A stretch of DNA of 49,982 nt. Origin: a virus. Taxonomy: Duplodnaviria > Caudoviricetes. The stretch covers positions 1 through 49,982 of the IMG/VR virus record IMGVR_UViG_3300037461_000662. One strand, given 5' to 3'. Made by a program: the position numbers and the translations under genes. Below the pieces are notes generated by a model that had not been told where the DNA came from, did no database searches, and was given only the letters and a program-made list of their open reading frames with translations. How positions within the stretch are numbered: position 1 is the first letter of the stretch; every line of letters starts with the position of its first letter. Of this stretch, positions 37,026 through 45,122 are shown one piece after another.

Positions 37026-37340
37026 TCACCTGCTCCTGCTCCAGCTCCAGCTCCTGCTCCCGCTCCTGCTCCCGCTCCAGCTCCCGCTCCCGCTCCCGCT
37101 CCCGCTCCCGCTCCCGCTCCCGCTCCAGCTCCTGCTCCTGCTCCCGCTCCTGCTCCCGCTCCAGCTCCAGCTCCCGCTCCCGCTCCCGCTCCCGCTCCCG
37201 CTCCAGCTCCTGCTCCCGCTCCAGCTCCAGCTCCTGCTCCAGCCCCAGCTCCTGCTCCTGCTCCCGCTCCTGCTCCCGCTCCCGCTCCAGCTCCAGCTCC
37301 AGCTATGCTCGTGCCCGATTCTTAGCATCGTCGCAGTCAT
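37026..37340 (-). CDS. Ser-(Gly/Arg/Trp) dipeptide-repeat protein 1
   Basis: RBS AAGGTGAGG; 12-aa leader MTATMLRIGHEH followed by 46 dipeptides. Confidence 0.65.
   Translation of the reverse strand: MTATMLRIGHEHSWSWSWSGSGSRSGSRSRSWGWSRSWSWSGSRSWSGSGSGSGSGSWSWSGSRSGSRSRSWSGSGSGSGSGSGSGSWSGSRSGSRSWSWSRSR
37029..37304 (-). repeat. Hexamer array (AGC-DGG) x46
   Basis: The + strand reads ccHgct repeats throughout, with one ccagcc variant. Confidence 0.95.
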
Positions 37341-37387
37341 GCCTCACCTTCCAACCGGGCAGTTTTCCGACATGCCCAGGTCGGCCG

Positions 37388-37669
37388 CTACTTCTGCGTG
37401 CGCGGCAACGGATGCGCCCACGCGCACACATCGACCACCGATCCGCGATTGATCGACACCACGCCATCGGGGTACGGCTCGATCTCCGACAGCGCCCCGG
37501 TACGCAGAGCGTCCGCGAACCGCCCAACGTCAGCGATCCATGCGGCATCCTCAAGGAGAATCTCCGCGTCGCTCAGGCCGACCACGCGGCCCGTGTAGTA
37601 CATCGTGATCGTGCGAATCAGCACGGTCGCCCCGACCGACAACGGTCCCGTCACGAGTTTCTTTGCCAT
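37388..37669 (-). CDS. Conserved small phage protein (Sm/SH3-like beta protein, DUF6948-like)
   Basis: Motifs VLIRT.TMYYTG.V, L.LEDAAWIAD.GRF, EIEP.P; RBS AAGGAG. Confidence 0.7.
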   Translation of the reverse strand: MAKKLVTGPLSVGATVLIRTITMYYTGRVVGLSDAEILLEDAAWIADVGRFADALRTGALSEIEPYPDGVVSINRGSVVDVCAWAHPLPRTQK

Positions 37670-37700
37670 ACGATCTCCTTTCGTACTGTTTGTTGCAATG

Positions 37701-37937
37701 TCACCCGCTCCAGCTCCTGCTCCCGCTCCTGCTCCCGCTCCAGCTCCAGCTCCCGATCCTGCTCCCGCTCCCGCTCCCGCTCCAGCTCCTGCTCCCGCTC
37801 CAGCTCCAGCTCCTGCTCCAGCCCCAGCTCCTGCTCCATCTCCTGCTCCCGCTCCTGCTCCCGCTCCCGCTCCCGCTCCTGCTCCCGCTCCCGCTCCCGC
37901 TATGCTCGTACCCGATTCTTAGAATCGTCGCAGTCAT
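37701..37937 (-). CDS. Ser-(Gly/Arg/Trp) dipeptide-repeat protein 2
   Basis: RBS AAAGGAGG; leader MTATILRIGYEH followed by 33 dipeptides. Confidence 0.65.
   Translation of the reverse strand: MTATILRIGYEHSGSGSGSRSGSGSGSRSGSRRWSRSWGWSRSWSWSGSRSWSGSGSGSRIGSWSWSGSRSGSRSWSG
37704..37901 (-). repeat. Hexamer array (AGC-DGG) x33
   Basis: Same unit as 37029..37304, with three variant units. Confidence 0.95.
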
Positions 37938-38173
37938 ACGTCCTCCTTTCCAACCGCGTACATCACATCCCACTTCCCGTCCGCAAGCATGTGCCCCCAG
38001 CGTGTGCGCACCAGCCACCGATGGCTTCTTTTGGGATCGCGTTCGTACAGCCACGCTGAATCGTAGTTTCCGTGCGCAGCCATGATCGCCTGCACGTTCC
38101 ACCGCTTTGACCGAGAGCGGTATATGACTATGTTGTCCGGTGAGATGTTCGAGAAGATCAGCATGTAGCGCAT
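37934..38173 (-). CDS. Hypothetical protein
   Basis: TGATG and ATGA coupling on both sides. Confidence 0.55.
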   Translation of the reverse strand: MRYMLIFSNISPDNIVIYRSRSKRWNVQAIMAAHGNYDSAWLYERDPKRSHRWLVRTRWGHMLADGKWDVMYAVGKEDV

Positions 38174-38535
38174 CAGCGTACCTCCCCGTCACCGCGCAGC
38201 GCGTCGGCACTCACCTCTTCCAGATGCGCGAGCAACTCTCGACCATTCTCGGTTATCCACGAGTGAATCGCTGAAGAGCCGTGCTCCAGCAGATCGCGCC
38301 CGTTCAACGCCTGGATGATGAATTCGCGCTCTATCGACTCGCCGATCCATTCGGACGTAAGCTGCTTTTCGCCGGCGCGCAGGGCGTCCGCTACCAGGTC
38401 GCGCAACCCTCGCGTATTGCCGCAGCCGCACAGGCCGACGACCCCAGAGAGAGCGGTTGTATCGACCGAGCATCTGTCGCACACTATGGCGTCGCCGCCG
38501 TCGCGCAAGTACGTCCCGCCGCATTCACATTTCAT
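38173..38535 (-). CDS. Zinc-finger plus winged-helix-like protein
   Basis: CECGG..CDRC, LCGCG, LLEHGSS..SWITENGRELL. Confidence 0.6.
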   Translation of the reverse strand: MKCECGGTYLRDGGDAIVCDRCSVDTTALSGVVGLCGCGNTRGLRDLVADALRAGEKQLTSEWIGESIEREFIIQALNGRDLLEHGSSAIHSWITENGRELLAHLEEVSADALRGDGEVR

Positions 38536-38725
38536 TGATCAACTCCTCGGCGCGCTCCTCGTCCATCTCGCGGCATCGCTTGCAGGCGCTCTGCCAGCGC
38601 TCGTGCCACCACAAGTCGCGCCGTCGAATCTCGCAGTGCTCGCGGTTCGCGCCGGCCACGCACGCTCCGAGCCAGCCGAGCGCGCACGAGCCGACGCACA
38701 TCAGGACGATCCAGTACCAGCACAT
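38525..38725 (-). CDS. Small membrane protein
   Basis: N-terminal hydrophobic WYWIVLMCVGSCALGWLGACV. Confidence 0.5.
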   Translation of the reverse strand: MCWYWIVLMCVGSCALGWLGACVAGANREHCEIRRRDLWWHERWQSACKRCREMDEERAEELINEM

Positions 38726-38729
38726 GCGC

Positions 38730-38984
38730 TCACCTTCTTTCCACAGCCGCCGGTGCCGCTGGCGGCACGGCACACGCGTCAATCACCACTGTCGCAATCA
38801 CAGCTACAGCTGCCGCAATCGCTCCCGCATACAGCACCAGCACCCATCCCGGAGTACGCATGTCAGCATCAGCCACGTACCTCCCCGCGACGCGAACGAT
38901 GCCGCGAGGCAGCACTCCCTTGCGCACAAGCTCGTGGTAGTTCTCCGGCACCGGCGGCGGCGGAATCCTTGGAAGGAATCCCAT
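38730..38984 (-). CDS. Small membrane protein
   Basis: RBS GGGAGG; TM-like WVLVLYAGAIAAAVAVIATVVI. Confidence 0.55.
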   Translation of the reverse strand: MGFLPRIPPPPVPENYHELVRKGVLPRGIVRVAGRYVADADMRTPGWVLVLYAGAIAAAVAVIATVVIDACAVPPAAPAAVERR

Positions 38985-39103
38985 GCGTCACCTCCCTTGC
39001 AATCCAGCCAGCAGCGCGCCGAGCACCGCAAGCTCACACCAGTTCCAGCGCGGATCCCAACGCCGCGCGTGCAGCGGCCGTCCGAAGAAGTCATCACGCA
39101 TAC

Positions 39104-39439
39104 TCACCTCCTCCTCACCGTCGCAAGCCTGCCGTCGCGCCGCACGCCTACCGGGTTGCTGACCGCGCCGTCGCTCGGCGCGTCCGGCTCGGCCTCGGCC
39201 AGCAGTGCAAGAGCGACCTCGCGCGCCGCACGCGGCGTCGTCGCCTTCGCCGCCTTGCGCATCTTCACCAGGCACCAATGGCCTCCTTGCCAGCGGTAGA
39301 GCTCGAAGCGGCCTTCCGCCGGCCGGAACCACACGCGCACGAGGTTGTAGCCGTCCTTCCACATCACGATAGGCGGCTTCGGCCAGTACCCGTCCGCGAG
39401 TCCCTGCCACGCCGCGCGCTTCGTCCAGTCAGTCTCCAC
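39104..39439 (-). CDS. Trp-rich hypothetical protein
   Basis: GTG start after GAGGAGG; overlaps the end of rusA. Confidence 0.55.
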   Translation of the reverse strand: METDWTKRAAWQGLADGYWPKPPIVMWKDGYNLVRVWFRPAEGRFELYRWQGGHWCLVKMRKAAKATTPRAAREVALALLAEAEPDAPSDGAVSNPVGVRRDGRLATVRRR

Positions 39440-39803
39440 GCTCCACCTCCTCATTGCCGAGAGCTGTGATTTCTACCATGACGCGCCCGCCGCGCATCGG
39501 TTCCAGCCACGTCGTCGTATGCGTGCGGATGCACGAGTCGTCATCAATACAGCCGGCACGCACCAGTGCATCGAAGATGACCTTCTCCGCGTTGTCGCCG
39601 TCGCGGCGCCGAGCGTCCGGCGGGTTCAGGTGCAGCGACACGCACACCGGCCCGCCGATGCGCGTCAAGCGCGCACCGAGAAAGGTGAGGCGCACCGCGG
39701 CGCGGTAGCGCTCAACAGCCGGCAGCGTGTAGCGGCGCCCGCGGCGCGTCACGCCGTACTGGTGATTGCCGGTAGTCGGCGGAAACGGCAGTATCAGTTC
39801 CAT
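39429..39803 (-). CDS. rusA: RusA-family Holliday junction resolvase
   Basis: Motifs LILPFPPT.N..Y, PPDARRRDGDN..K..FDAL..AG.IDDDS.I. Confidence 0.9.
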   Translation of the reverse strand: MELILPFPPTTGNHQYGVTRRGRRYTLPAVERYRAAVRLTFLGARLTRIGGPVCVSLHLNPPDARRRDGDNAEKVIFDALVRAGCIDDDSCIRTHTTTWLEPMRGGRVMVEITALGNEEVERGD

Positions 39804-39805
39804 GG

Positions 39806-40020
39806 CAAGTCCCCCCAAAAAAGCCCGCGCGGCACTCGGCCAGGCGCAACGAGAGTCTGTAGGCGTATAGGATGGCATTCTCTCGTGGCGCAATGAGCGG
39901 CAACCATGCCGCGCGGTGTGAGTGCCAACAAAATGCGCGCAGCCGTCGGCCGACGGCACAGAACCGAACCGAACAACGCATGCCGCTTCAACGGCAACCT
40001 GGCTGCGCGCGTGAGCCCAC
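39806..40020 (-). ncRNA. Candidate structured cis-regulatory RNA (two stem units, each followed by a U-run)
   Basis: Stems 39825-34/39907-16, 39844-55/39880-91 and 39935-44/40001-10; GGTTGCCG is repeated. Confidence 0.45.
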
Positions 40021-40021
40021 A

Positions 40022-40429
40022 TCAGAACGGAATCTCGTCGCGAGAGGCCGCCGCATCCTCGAGGTTCTCGATCGGCTCCGGCGGCTCAGCGTACGCCGGC
40101 GCCGTCGGCGCGCTGCCATGCGCGTCGGCGAGCTGCTCGACGCTGTCGACGCTGATCCCGGTGCGCGAGCGCGGCGAGCCGTCCTGCGCCGTCCATGTGT
40201 TGACGCGCACCTTGCCGGTGATGATGACGCGCGAGCCGACATGCGTAGCGGCCAGCGCCTTGCCGGTGTCGCCCCAGGCGTCAATGCGCACGTCGTCGTA
40301 CCGCGGCGCCTCGCCCTTCTTCGCGCGGCCTTCCACGCGCAGCGTCGCCTCGGTAACCGACGAGCCCGAATCGAATCGCTTCGTCGTCGGTGCGACGGTG
40401 ATGGTCCCCGAGAGAAGTACCTGGTTCAC
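40022..40429 (-). CDS. ssb: Single-stranded DNA-binding protein
   Basis: Motifs NQVLLSG, AWG..G, GSRVIITGKV...W; acidic tail DEIPF; RBS AAGGAGG. Confidence 0.92.
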   Translation of the reverse strand: MNQVLLSGTITVAPTTKRFDSGSSVTEATLRVEGRAKKGEAPRYDDVRIDAWGDTGKALAATHVGSRVIITGKVRVNTWTAQDGSPRSRTGISVDSVEQLADAHGSAPTAPAYAEPPEPIENLEDAAASRDEIPF

Positions 40430-40592
40430 GCTACACCTCCTTGTGCTTCTGCAGCAGTTTCGCCATCCCCCACGCCGCCCACGCGGTCGCATACGCCGCG
40501 AGTGCGAACGCGTCCACGGCGTCTTTCAGCGGGATGCGTTCTTTCGTCACGTGGTGGCTCCTACGCTTCTTGTCTTTCTTGGATGCCATTGC

Positions 40593-41249
40593 CTACCTTT
40601 CCGCGGCATTGCCGCAGTCCCGGCGTCTGTCTCGACCGACAAGACGCAACTGAGTGAAACCACTAAGCCTCGAAGCCAGCGACGAATCGAAAGCGTCAAT
40701 CGCCTTGAGGCCCTGGAAGCTCGTCACAATAGTCGGGCGCTCGTAGTCGCAGCGTCCAGATATGATCCCGAGAATCACGGATAGGCCGCGCTCGGTCTTT
40801 GCGATGGCCGTGATGTCATCGACGACGAGTAGCGCGCACTTGCGATAGTCCGACGTAACCATGATCTCTGTCTCGTCAGCTCCGCGACGCCACGTCGCTT
40901 GCACCTGCAGCATGATGTCCAACGCAGTGCGCCAGCGGCCTCCCCACTCACCGACGAGTGCCGCAGCAAGATGCGTCTTGCCCGCTCCATTCGGCCCGCT
41001 CACAAACACCGAGCGAGAACCACCGAGCGGACGAGACCACAACCAGCCAGGCGCACACCGCGCGTCGAAATCGTCTGCAGCAAAATGCTCAAGCAGCGCG
41101 CCTACGTACGCCGTAGGCACGCGGCTCGATTGCTGCGTAGATACGCACATCTCGTCGTGCGTCGGCACGTGGCACACGTTCTCGTCAGGCTCATAGACGA
41201 CGCCTTGCGCCTTAAGACGCTCTAACAATTTCTGCAGGTCCATGCTCAT
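40593..41249 (-). CDS. DnaC/IstB-like ATPase (helicase loader)
   Basis: Walker A GPNGAGKTHLAAA, Walker B LLVVDDI, plus RPTIVTS and SRL. Confidence 0.88.
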   Translation of the reverse strand: MSMDLQKLLERLKAQGVVYEPDENVCHVPTHDEMCVSTQQSSRVPTAYVGALLEHFAADDFDARCAPGWLWSRPLGGSRSVFVSGPNGAGKTHLAAALVGEWGGRWRTALDIMLQVQATWRRGADETEIMVTSDYRKCALLVVDDITAIAKTERGLSVILGIISGRCDYERPTIVTSFQGLKAIDAFDSSLASRLSGFTQLRLVGRDRRRDCGNAAER

Positions 41250-42049
41250 GCTCCTACAAAGCCGTCAAATTTGTGCGCGTCATTCATCTCGCTGCTGCGC
41301 GATCCGGAGCTCGCGCGGTCGTCGTGCTGCCCCTCCATCAGCGCCCGCACCTTATCCGGGTTCAGAAACCAGCCGATGTGTGCTACCCATTTACGCGCGC
41401 CTCCGCCGCGGCAGAACGCCGACGCGGCCATGCGGCGCAGAGCCTCGACCCAATGCTCGCGGAAAAAAGCGTCGCGCCAGCAGGCCGCTAATGCGCTCAG
41501 GCGCGAGTCCTTCCCGTCGCAGTGCGGGAAGGGGTCTCCGAGCGCGTTCCAGGCCGTCACGAACTCCAGTACGGCTGCAGACGGGAAACCGTCCTCCTCC
41601 ACGCGCGCGCTAGGTGTGTCCTTCTGTTCTTCTCTCATCTCATCTACTCTGGTCACGCTCTTGTCCCGTTCGCGCCGGGACGCTGGCGGGACAGAACCGT
41701 GACGCGAGCGTGACAATGATTTGCGATACTGGCCTTGGCAGCGTTCTTTCGCCGATTTCGACATGTGGCGGTCGAAGTTCGGGAACGTGATGCCGTTGTC
41801 TGTTACCTTCAGCCACCCCGCCGAAACCATGGCGTCCGCAAAGTTCGGGACATTAGCGAGACGGTCAAGGTACGATGTGGTCACGCCTGAAACGTGACCA
41901 AGCCGTGACACGCCAGTAACATCGTCCGCCCACGCCCAGACTGCGGCAAGTGCGCCGACGACGTGCAGCTCCGGGATGCCGAGCTGCGCTGACATCTGGA
42001 TGACTGCCGGGTCTCTGAACACGTCCTTGCGCACCTTGATCCAGCTCAC
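41246..42049 (-). CDS. Phage replication initiator protein
   Basis: N-terminal SWIKV...DP.V, GAL..VW.WAD, GWL....ITFPNFDRH; C-terminal W.A.I.WFL..EG.HD; precedes the DnaC-like gene. Confidence 0.8.
   Translation of the reverse strand: MSWIKVRKDVFRDPAVIQMSAQLGIPELHVVGALAAVWAWADDVTGVSRLGHVSGVTTSYLDRLANVPNFADAMVSAGWLKVTDNGITFPNFDRHMSKSAKERCQGQYRKSLSRSRHGSVPPASRRERDKSVTRVDEMREEQKDTPSARVEEDGFPSAAVLEFVTAWNALGDPFPHCDGKDSRLSALAACWRDAFFREHWVEALRRMAASAFCRGGGARKWVAHIGWFLNPDKVRALMEGQHDDRASSGSRSSEMNDAHKFDGFVGA
41620..41714. other. Candidate replication origin (iterons inside the initiator gene)
   Basis: CGKGAC at 41676, 41687, 41698 and 41709, and inverted GTCMCG at 41652 and 41663, all at 11-bp spacing, next to a pyrimidine tract. 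Confidence 0.65.
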
Positions 42050-42053
42050 GTCT

Positions 42054-42386
42054 TCACTCCTCTTTGCGCGCCAGCGCTGACGGCGCGCACGCCACCCAGA
42101 CATCCGCCTGCCTGCCGCTCGCCGTGCGGCGCGTGCGGCCGGCGCGGCGCACCTTGCCGTCCTGCTCCAGCTCGCGCCGGCGCGGGCGCTCCGTGTTGCC
42201 AGGCATGCCGAGCGCCGCCTGGAGCTCGTCGTCAGTCATGCCCATGTCGCCAGCGGCGGTGATCGCCGCGAGCACGCGCGCCCGCAAGCGTGCCGCCAGC
42301 GGCGCGATGCGCTCCGCCGCTGCCTCGCTGGTGCCGTGGCGGGAGGACGGCGGGGGGCAGAGGTCGGGAACCTCGTAGGTGTTCAC
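42054..42386 (-). CDS. Winged-helix DNA-binding protein
   Basis: TS.AAAE.I, GMTDDEL..ALG, RPRRREL, R.T.SGR.A.VW. Confidence 0.7.
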   Translation of the reverse strand: MNTYEVPDLCPPPSSRHGTSEAAAERIAPLAARLRARVLAAITAAGDMGMTDDELQAALGMPGNTERPRRRELEQDGKVRRAGRTRRTASGRQADVWVACAPSALARKEE

Positions 42387-42916
42387 AGCCTCTCGTCCTC
42401 TCGCACTCCGCAGAAGAACCGCCGTAGCGCGGTTCCCGTCGGCACGCCTTGCGTCTCATCGCGTGCGCGCATCCCCGCGGGCTTGCCGACCCATGCCGGC
42501 GGCGTCGCCTCGCTCGCGCCGCAGAACTCCTCGTCCTCGCCGTCGCCGTTCATCTCCTCGACCCACTTCTTGCCGGCGGTGAGGCGCGACCTCCACCGCT
42601 GCGGATACCAGCGGCCGGGGTGGTCGCGCAGGTGGACGCTCGCCGAGACGGCTTCATCAACGTCGCGCACTCCAGACGCCCACATGCCGTTATGCCGCAA
42701 GAACAGGTAGCGCTGCTCCCAGTCGGTGCCGTCAGTCGCACCGGCCAAGTACGCCTCGGGTCCGCCGCCGACCGTGGCCGGACCACTCTCGACGTACTGG
42801 ACGCGCGGCTGCGGCGCGAATCCCTGCCGCTCCGCGAACGCCGCGATCTCGGTGCGGTTGCTCCACGCAAGCGCCGCGGCCATCGCCACACACACGAACA
42901 CGATGAACTGCTTCAT
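42383..42916 (-). CDS. Exported or membrane-anchored hypothetical protein
   Basis: Leader MKQFIVFVCVAMAAALAW. Confidence 0.55.
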   Translation of the reverse strand: MKQFIVFVCVAMAAALAWSNRTEIAAFAERQGFAPQPRVQYVESGPATVGGGPEAYLAGATDGTDWEQRYLFLRHNGMWASGVRDVDEAVSASVHLRDHPGRWYPQRWRSRLTAGKKWVEEMNGDGEDEEFCGASEATPPAWVGKPAGMRARDETQGVPTGTALRRFFCGVREDERL

Positions 42917-43059
42917 GCGTCACTCCCTTCAATAACCTCTTCCGCGGACTCCCCCTCAAACACGATGTCCAACTTGTCGTACACGAGGTTGACCATCTCC
43001 TCGAGCGTGTCGAGCCGCTCCCATATCGCCCGGATCTCGTCGCGTTCCTCGCGCGTCAT
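42913..43059 (-). CDS. Small acidic coiled-coil protein
   Basis: ATGA overlaps on both sides. Confidence 0.5.
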   Translation of the reverse strand: MTREERDEIRAIWERLDTLEEMVNLVYDKLDIVFEGESAEEVIEGSDA

Positions 43060-43340
43060 GGCTTCACCCCGAGCACCGCCATGCTCCATGCGTACAGCGC
43101 GTCTCTTCCTAGCCATTCCAGCGCGGTCTTGTCGCATCCAGACGGGCCAGTGATTGTGGAACCAGACAGCGTATGGCCGACAAGCAGCGAAAGCGTCAGC
43201 TGGTCAGACTTGTCATGCACGGCGAGCAGGGCGATTCGTGCGATCTTGCGAATGACATCGTCGCTGCACCCGGACAGGATACGCGCGAGCATCTCGTCGT
43301 CGTGCTTGCGCGTACAGCTTGCGCAGTTGTGCTCTGTCAT
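43056..43340 (-). CDS. Hypothetical protein
   Basis: RBS GAGGAGG; ATGA overlaps. Confidence 0.55.
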   Translation of the reverse strand: MTEHNCASCTRKHDDEMLARILSGCSDDVIRKIARIALLAVHDKSDQLTLSLLVGHTLSGSTITGPSGCDKTALEWLGRDALYAWSMAVLGVKP

Positions 43341-43762
43341 GGCCGCACCTCCTCGACGCTCACGTCAATCACGCCGCGCGAGAGCGGCGCCAGCTTGGCG
43401 AAAGCGGCGCGCGTGAGGTCTATGCAACGACCGAGGCGGCGCGCCGGGCCGCGGTCGGTGACGACGCAGTCGACGCGCCGCTCGCCGTGCCGCACGCGCA
43501 CTACCGTTCCGAGCGGCACGTCCCACATGGCGCACGTGTAGCGCGAGTCGACGAGCGGCTTGCCGTTCGCCATCAGCGCGTTGGGGTTCGCGCGGGTGCA
43601 GCACTCTGCGCGCGAGTACCACGACGCTTTCCCGCGCCGGACACCTGTGGCGTCGACCGGCGAATCGGCGAGCAGCTCGCGCGCCGCGAATACCGCGAGC
43701 ACGCACATTCCCAGGAAGGTTGCCCACGCCACAAACGAATAGAACTGCTTCTCCATCTTCAC
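43337..43762 (-). CDS. RlpA-like double-psi beta-barrel protein (lytic transglycosylase family) with N-terminal TM segment
   Basis: Motifs GKASWY, MANG, TCA...PLGTVVRV, VTDRGP, IDLT.AAF.KLA..GVI.V.VE. Confidence 0.85.
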   Translation of the reverse strand: MKMEKQFYSFVAWATFLGMCVLAVFAARELLADSPVDATGVRRGKASWYSRAECCTRANPNALMANGKPLVDSRYTCAMWDVPLGTVVRVRHGERRVDCVVTDRGPARRLGRCIDLTRAAFAKLAPLSRGVIDVSVEEVRP

Positions 43763-43856
43763 TCTCCTTCTTTTCTAAGACCTTCTCCTCCACCCCACGC
43801 ATAAATTGGCCGACCGCTGGCCGCATGCGCAACGGCCGGCCGCTCGAAAGGAACAG

Positions 43857-44087
43857 TCAGTCTCCTCCACCTGGCGTGGCCGCAACGGCACTCTCGCCGT
43901 GCAGCCACGCGAGCGCTTCCTCGCGCTGCTCGGCGCTCAGCGTCGTCGAGAGGCGCAGATGCCGCTCGACGAGAATCCGCAGCACATCACCGTCACCCTC
44001 GCGCGCACAGTGCAGCGCGATACTCGCGAGGCCGAACATCTCGATCTCGCTCAGCGCAAACAGAGCTGACGGGGTATTGCACGTCAT
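43857..44087 (-). CDS. Hypothetical protein
   Basis: RBS AAGGAGGG; ATGA overlap. Confidence 0.55.
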   Translation of the reverse strand: MTCNTPSALFALSEIEMFGLASIALHCAREGDGDVLRILVERHLRLSTTLSAEQREEALAWLHGESAVAATPGGGD

Positions 44088-45121
44088 GCGAGTCCCTCCT
44101 TCTCGCTCTGGTCGTCACCGGCGTCCTGCTCGTGCTCGCGCAGCCAGTCGGCGTGCGCGTCGCGCACCTTCGCCAGCGTCACTGTCACCCACTTCGGCGG
44201 CATGTCGATGACACTGCGCGCGGCCTTGCCGTCGGGCGTCTCCGAATAGATAGCGCACAGGCGCTGCGCCTCGGTGATGTTGCCTGCGGCCATTTCGAGC
44301 AGCAGCCCGCGCAGCTCGGACTGTTCTGCGGTGAGCTGCTTCGGCGTGCTGCCGGCGGGCGCGGGGCCTGCCGGATGCGCGGCGACGGGGATGGGGCCCG
44401 GAACGATTGTCGGCACGGGGACTCCCGACATGAGCCACTCGCGCACCGGCTCGATCCACTCCCCGGTAGGCTTGTTGATCACCTGGCCGTCGATGAGCGG
44501 GCAGCGAGTTTTCGATACGCTCAGGTTGTGCTGCAGGTCGAGGTCACAAAAAATTGTGAACTCGTATTCCATCCCATCTCTCTGGATGGGCTTGGTCCCG
44601 ATCTTGCGCGGAACCTGCTTGCCGCGGTCGTCGATCTCAAGTACGTACTCGGTCTTGGTCCGCAGCGTCGCAATGATGTGACACGGTGACGACATGATGG
44701 ACTCGACGAGCATCCGATGCTGCGGCGTTACGTTGCGCCACGCCGTGAACTTGTTGGCGTCGCGCGCCTTGTCGACCTGGTCGAGCGCGCCGCCAGTCCC
44801 CTCCCATGCATGCGAGAGGCTGTCGATGATCAGCACGTCGTATCCGGCCGCACCGGCGTCCTTGATGGCCTGTGCGTAGGTGCTCGGCGCGTACTGGCCG
44901 GGCATGAGATTCATGTTGTCCCACTGCCAGACAGCGCCGCTCGGCTGCTTGCCAGAGTACAGCGCTGCGGATCCGTTCTCGGTGTCGAGCACCGCGACGC
45001 GGCCTCCGGCCTTGACGATCTGGAACGCGAACGTCAGCGCGGTGTACGTCTTGCCGCTCCCGGCGGGACCGTCGAGCGCGATGCGCAGCTTGCTCTGAGT
45101 GCGAGAGACAGGCGCAAACAT
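44084..45121 (-). CDS. Sak4-like AAA ATPase (phage single-strand annealing / recombination)
   Basis: Motifs KLRIALDGPAGSGKTYTAL, LDTENGS, LIIDSLSHAWEG.GG, HIIATLRTK, QRDGMEYEF, SKTRC. Confidence 0.88.
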   Translation of the reverse strand: MFAPVSRTQSKLRIALDGPAGSGKTYTALTFAFQIVKAGGRVAVLDTENGSAALYSGKQPSGAVWQWDNMNLMPGQYAPSTYAQAIKDAGAAGYDVLIIDSLSHAWEGTGGALDQVDKARDANKFTAWRNVTPQHRMLVESIMSSPCHIIATLRTKTEYVLEIDDRGKQVPRKIGTKPIQRDGMEYEFTIFCDLDLQHNLSVSKTRCPLIDGQVINKPTGEWIEPVREWLMSGVPVPTIVPGPIPVAAHPAGPAPAGSTPKQLTAEQSELRGLLLEMAAGNITEAQRLCAIYSETPDGKAARSVIDMPPKWVTVTLAKVRDAHADWLREHEQDAGDDQSEKEGLA

Positions 45122-45122
45122 G

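Noticed and set aside
37029-37901. CRISPR array
   Set aside because: These are 6-bp tandem units without unique spacers, and there are no cas genes.
36789-37922. + strand Pro-Ala repeat ORFs (36789..37325, 37605..37922) and Leu/Pro/Gln ORFs
   Set aside because: They are antisense to the operon and lack an RBS. The - strand versions have strong RBSs, a shared leader and fit the operon spacing.
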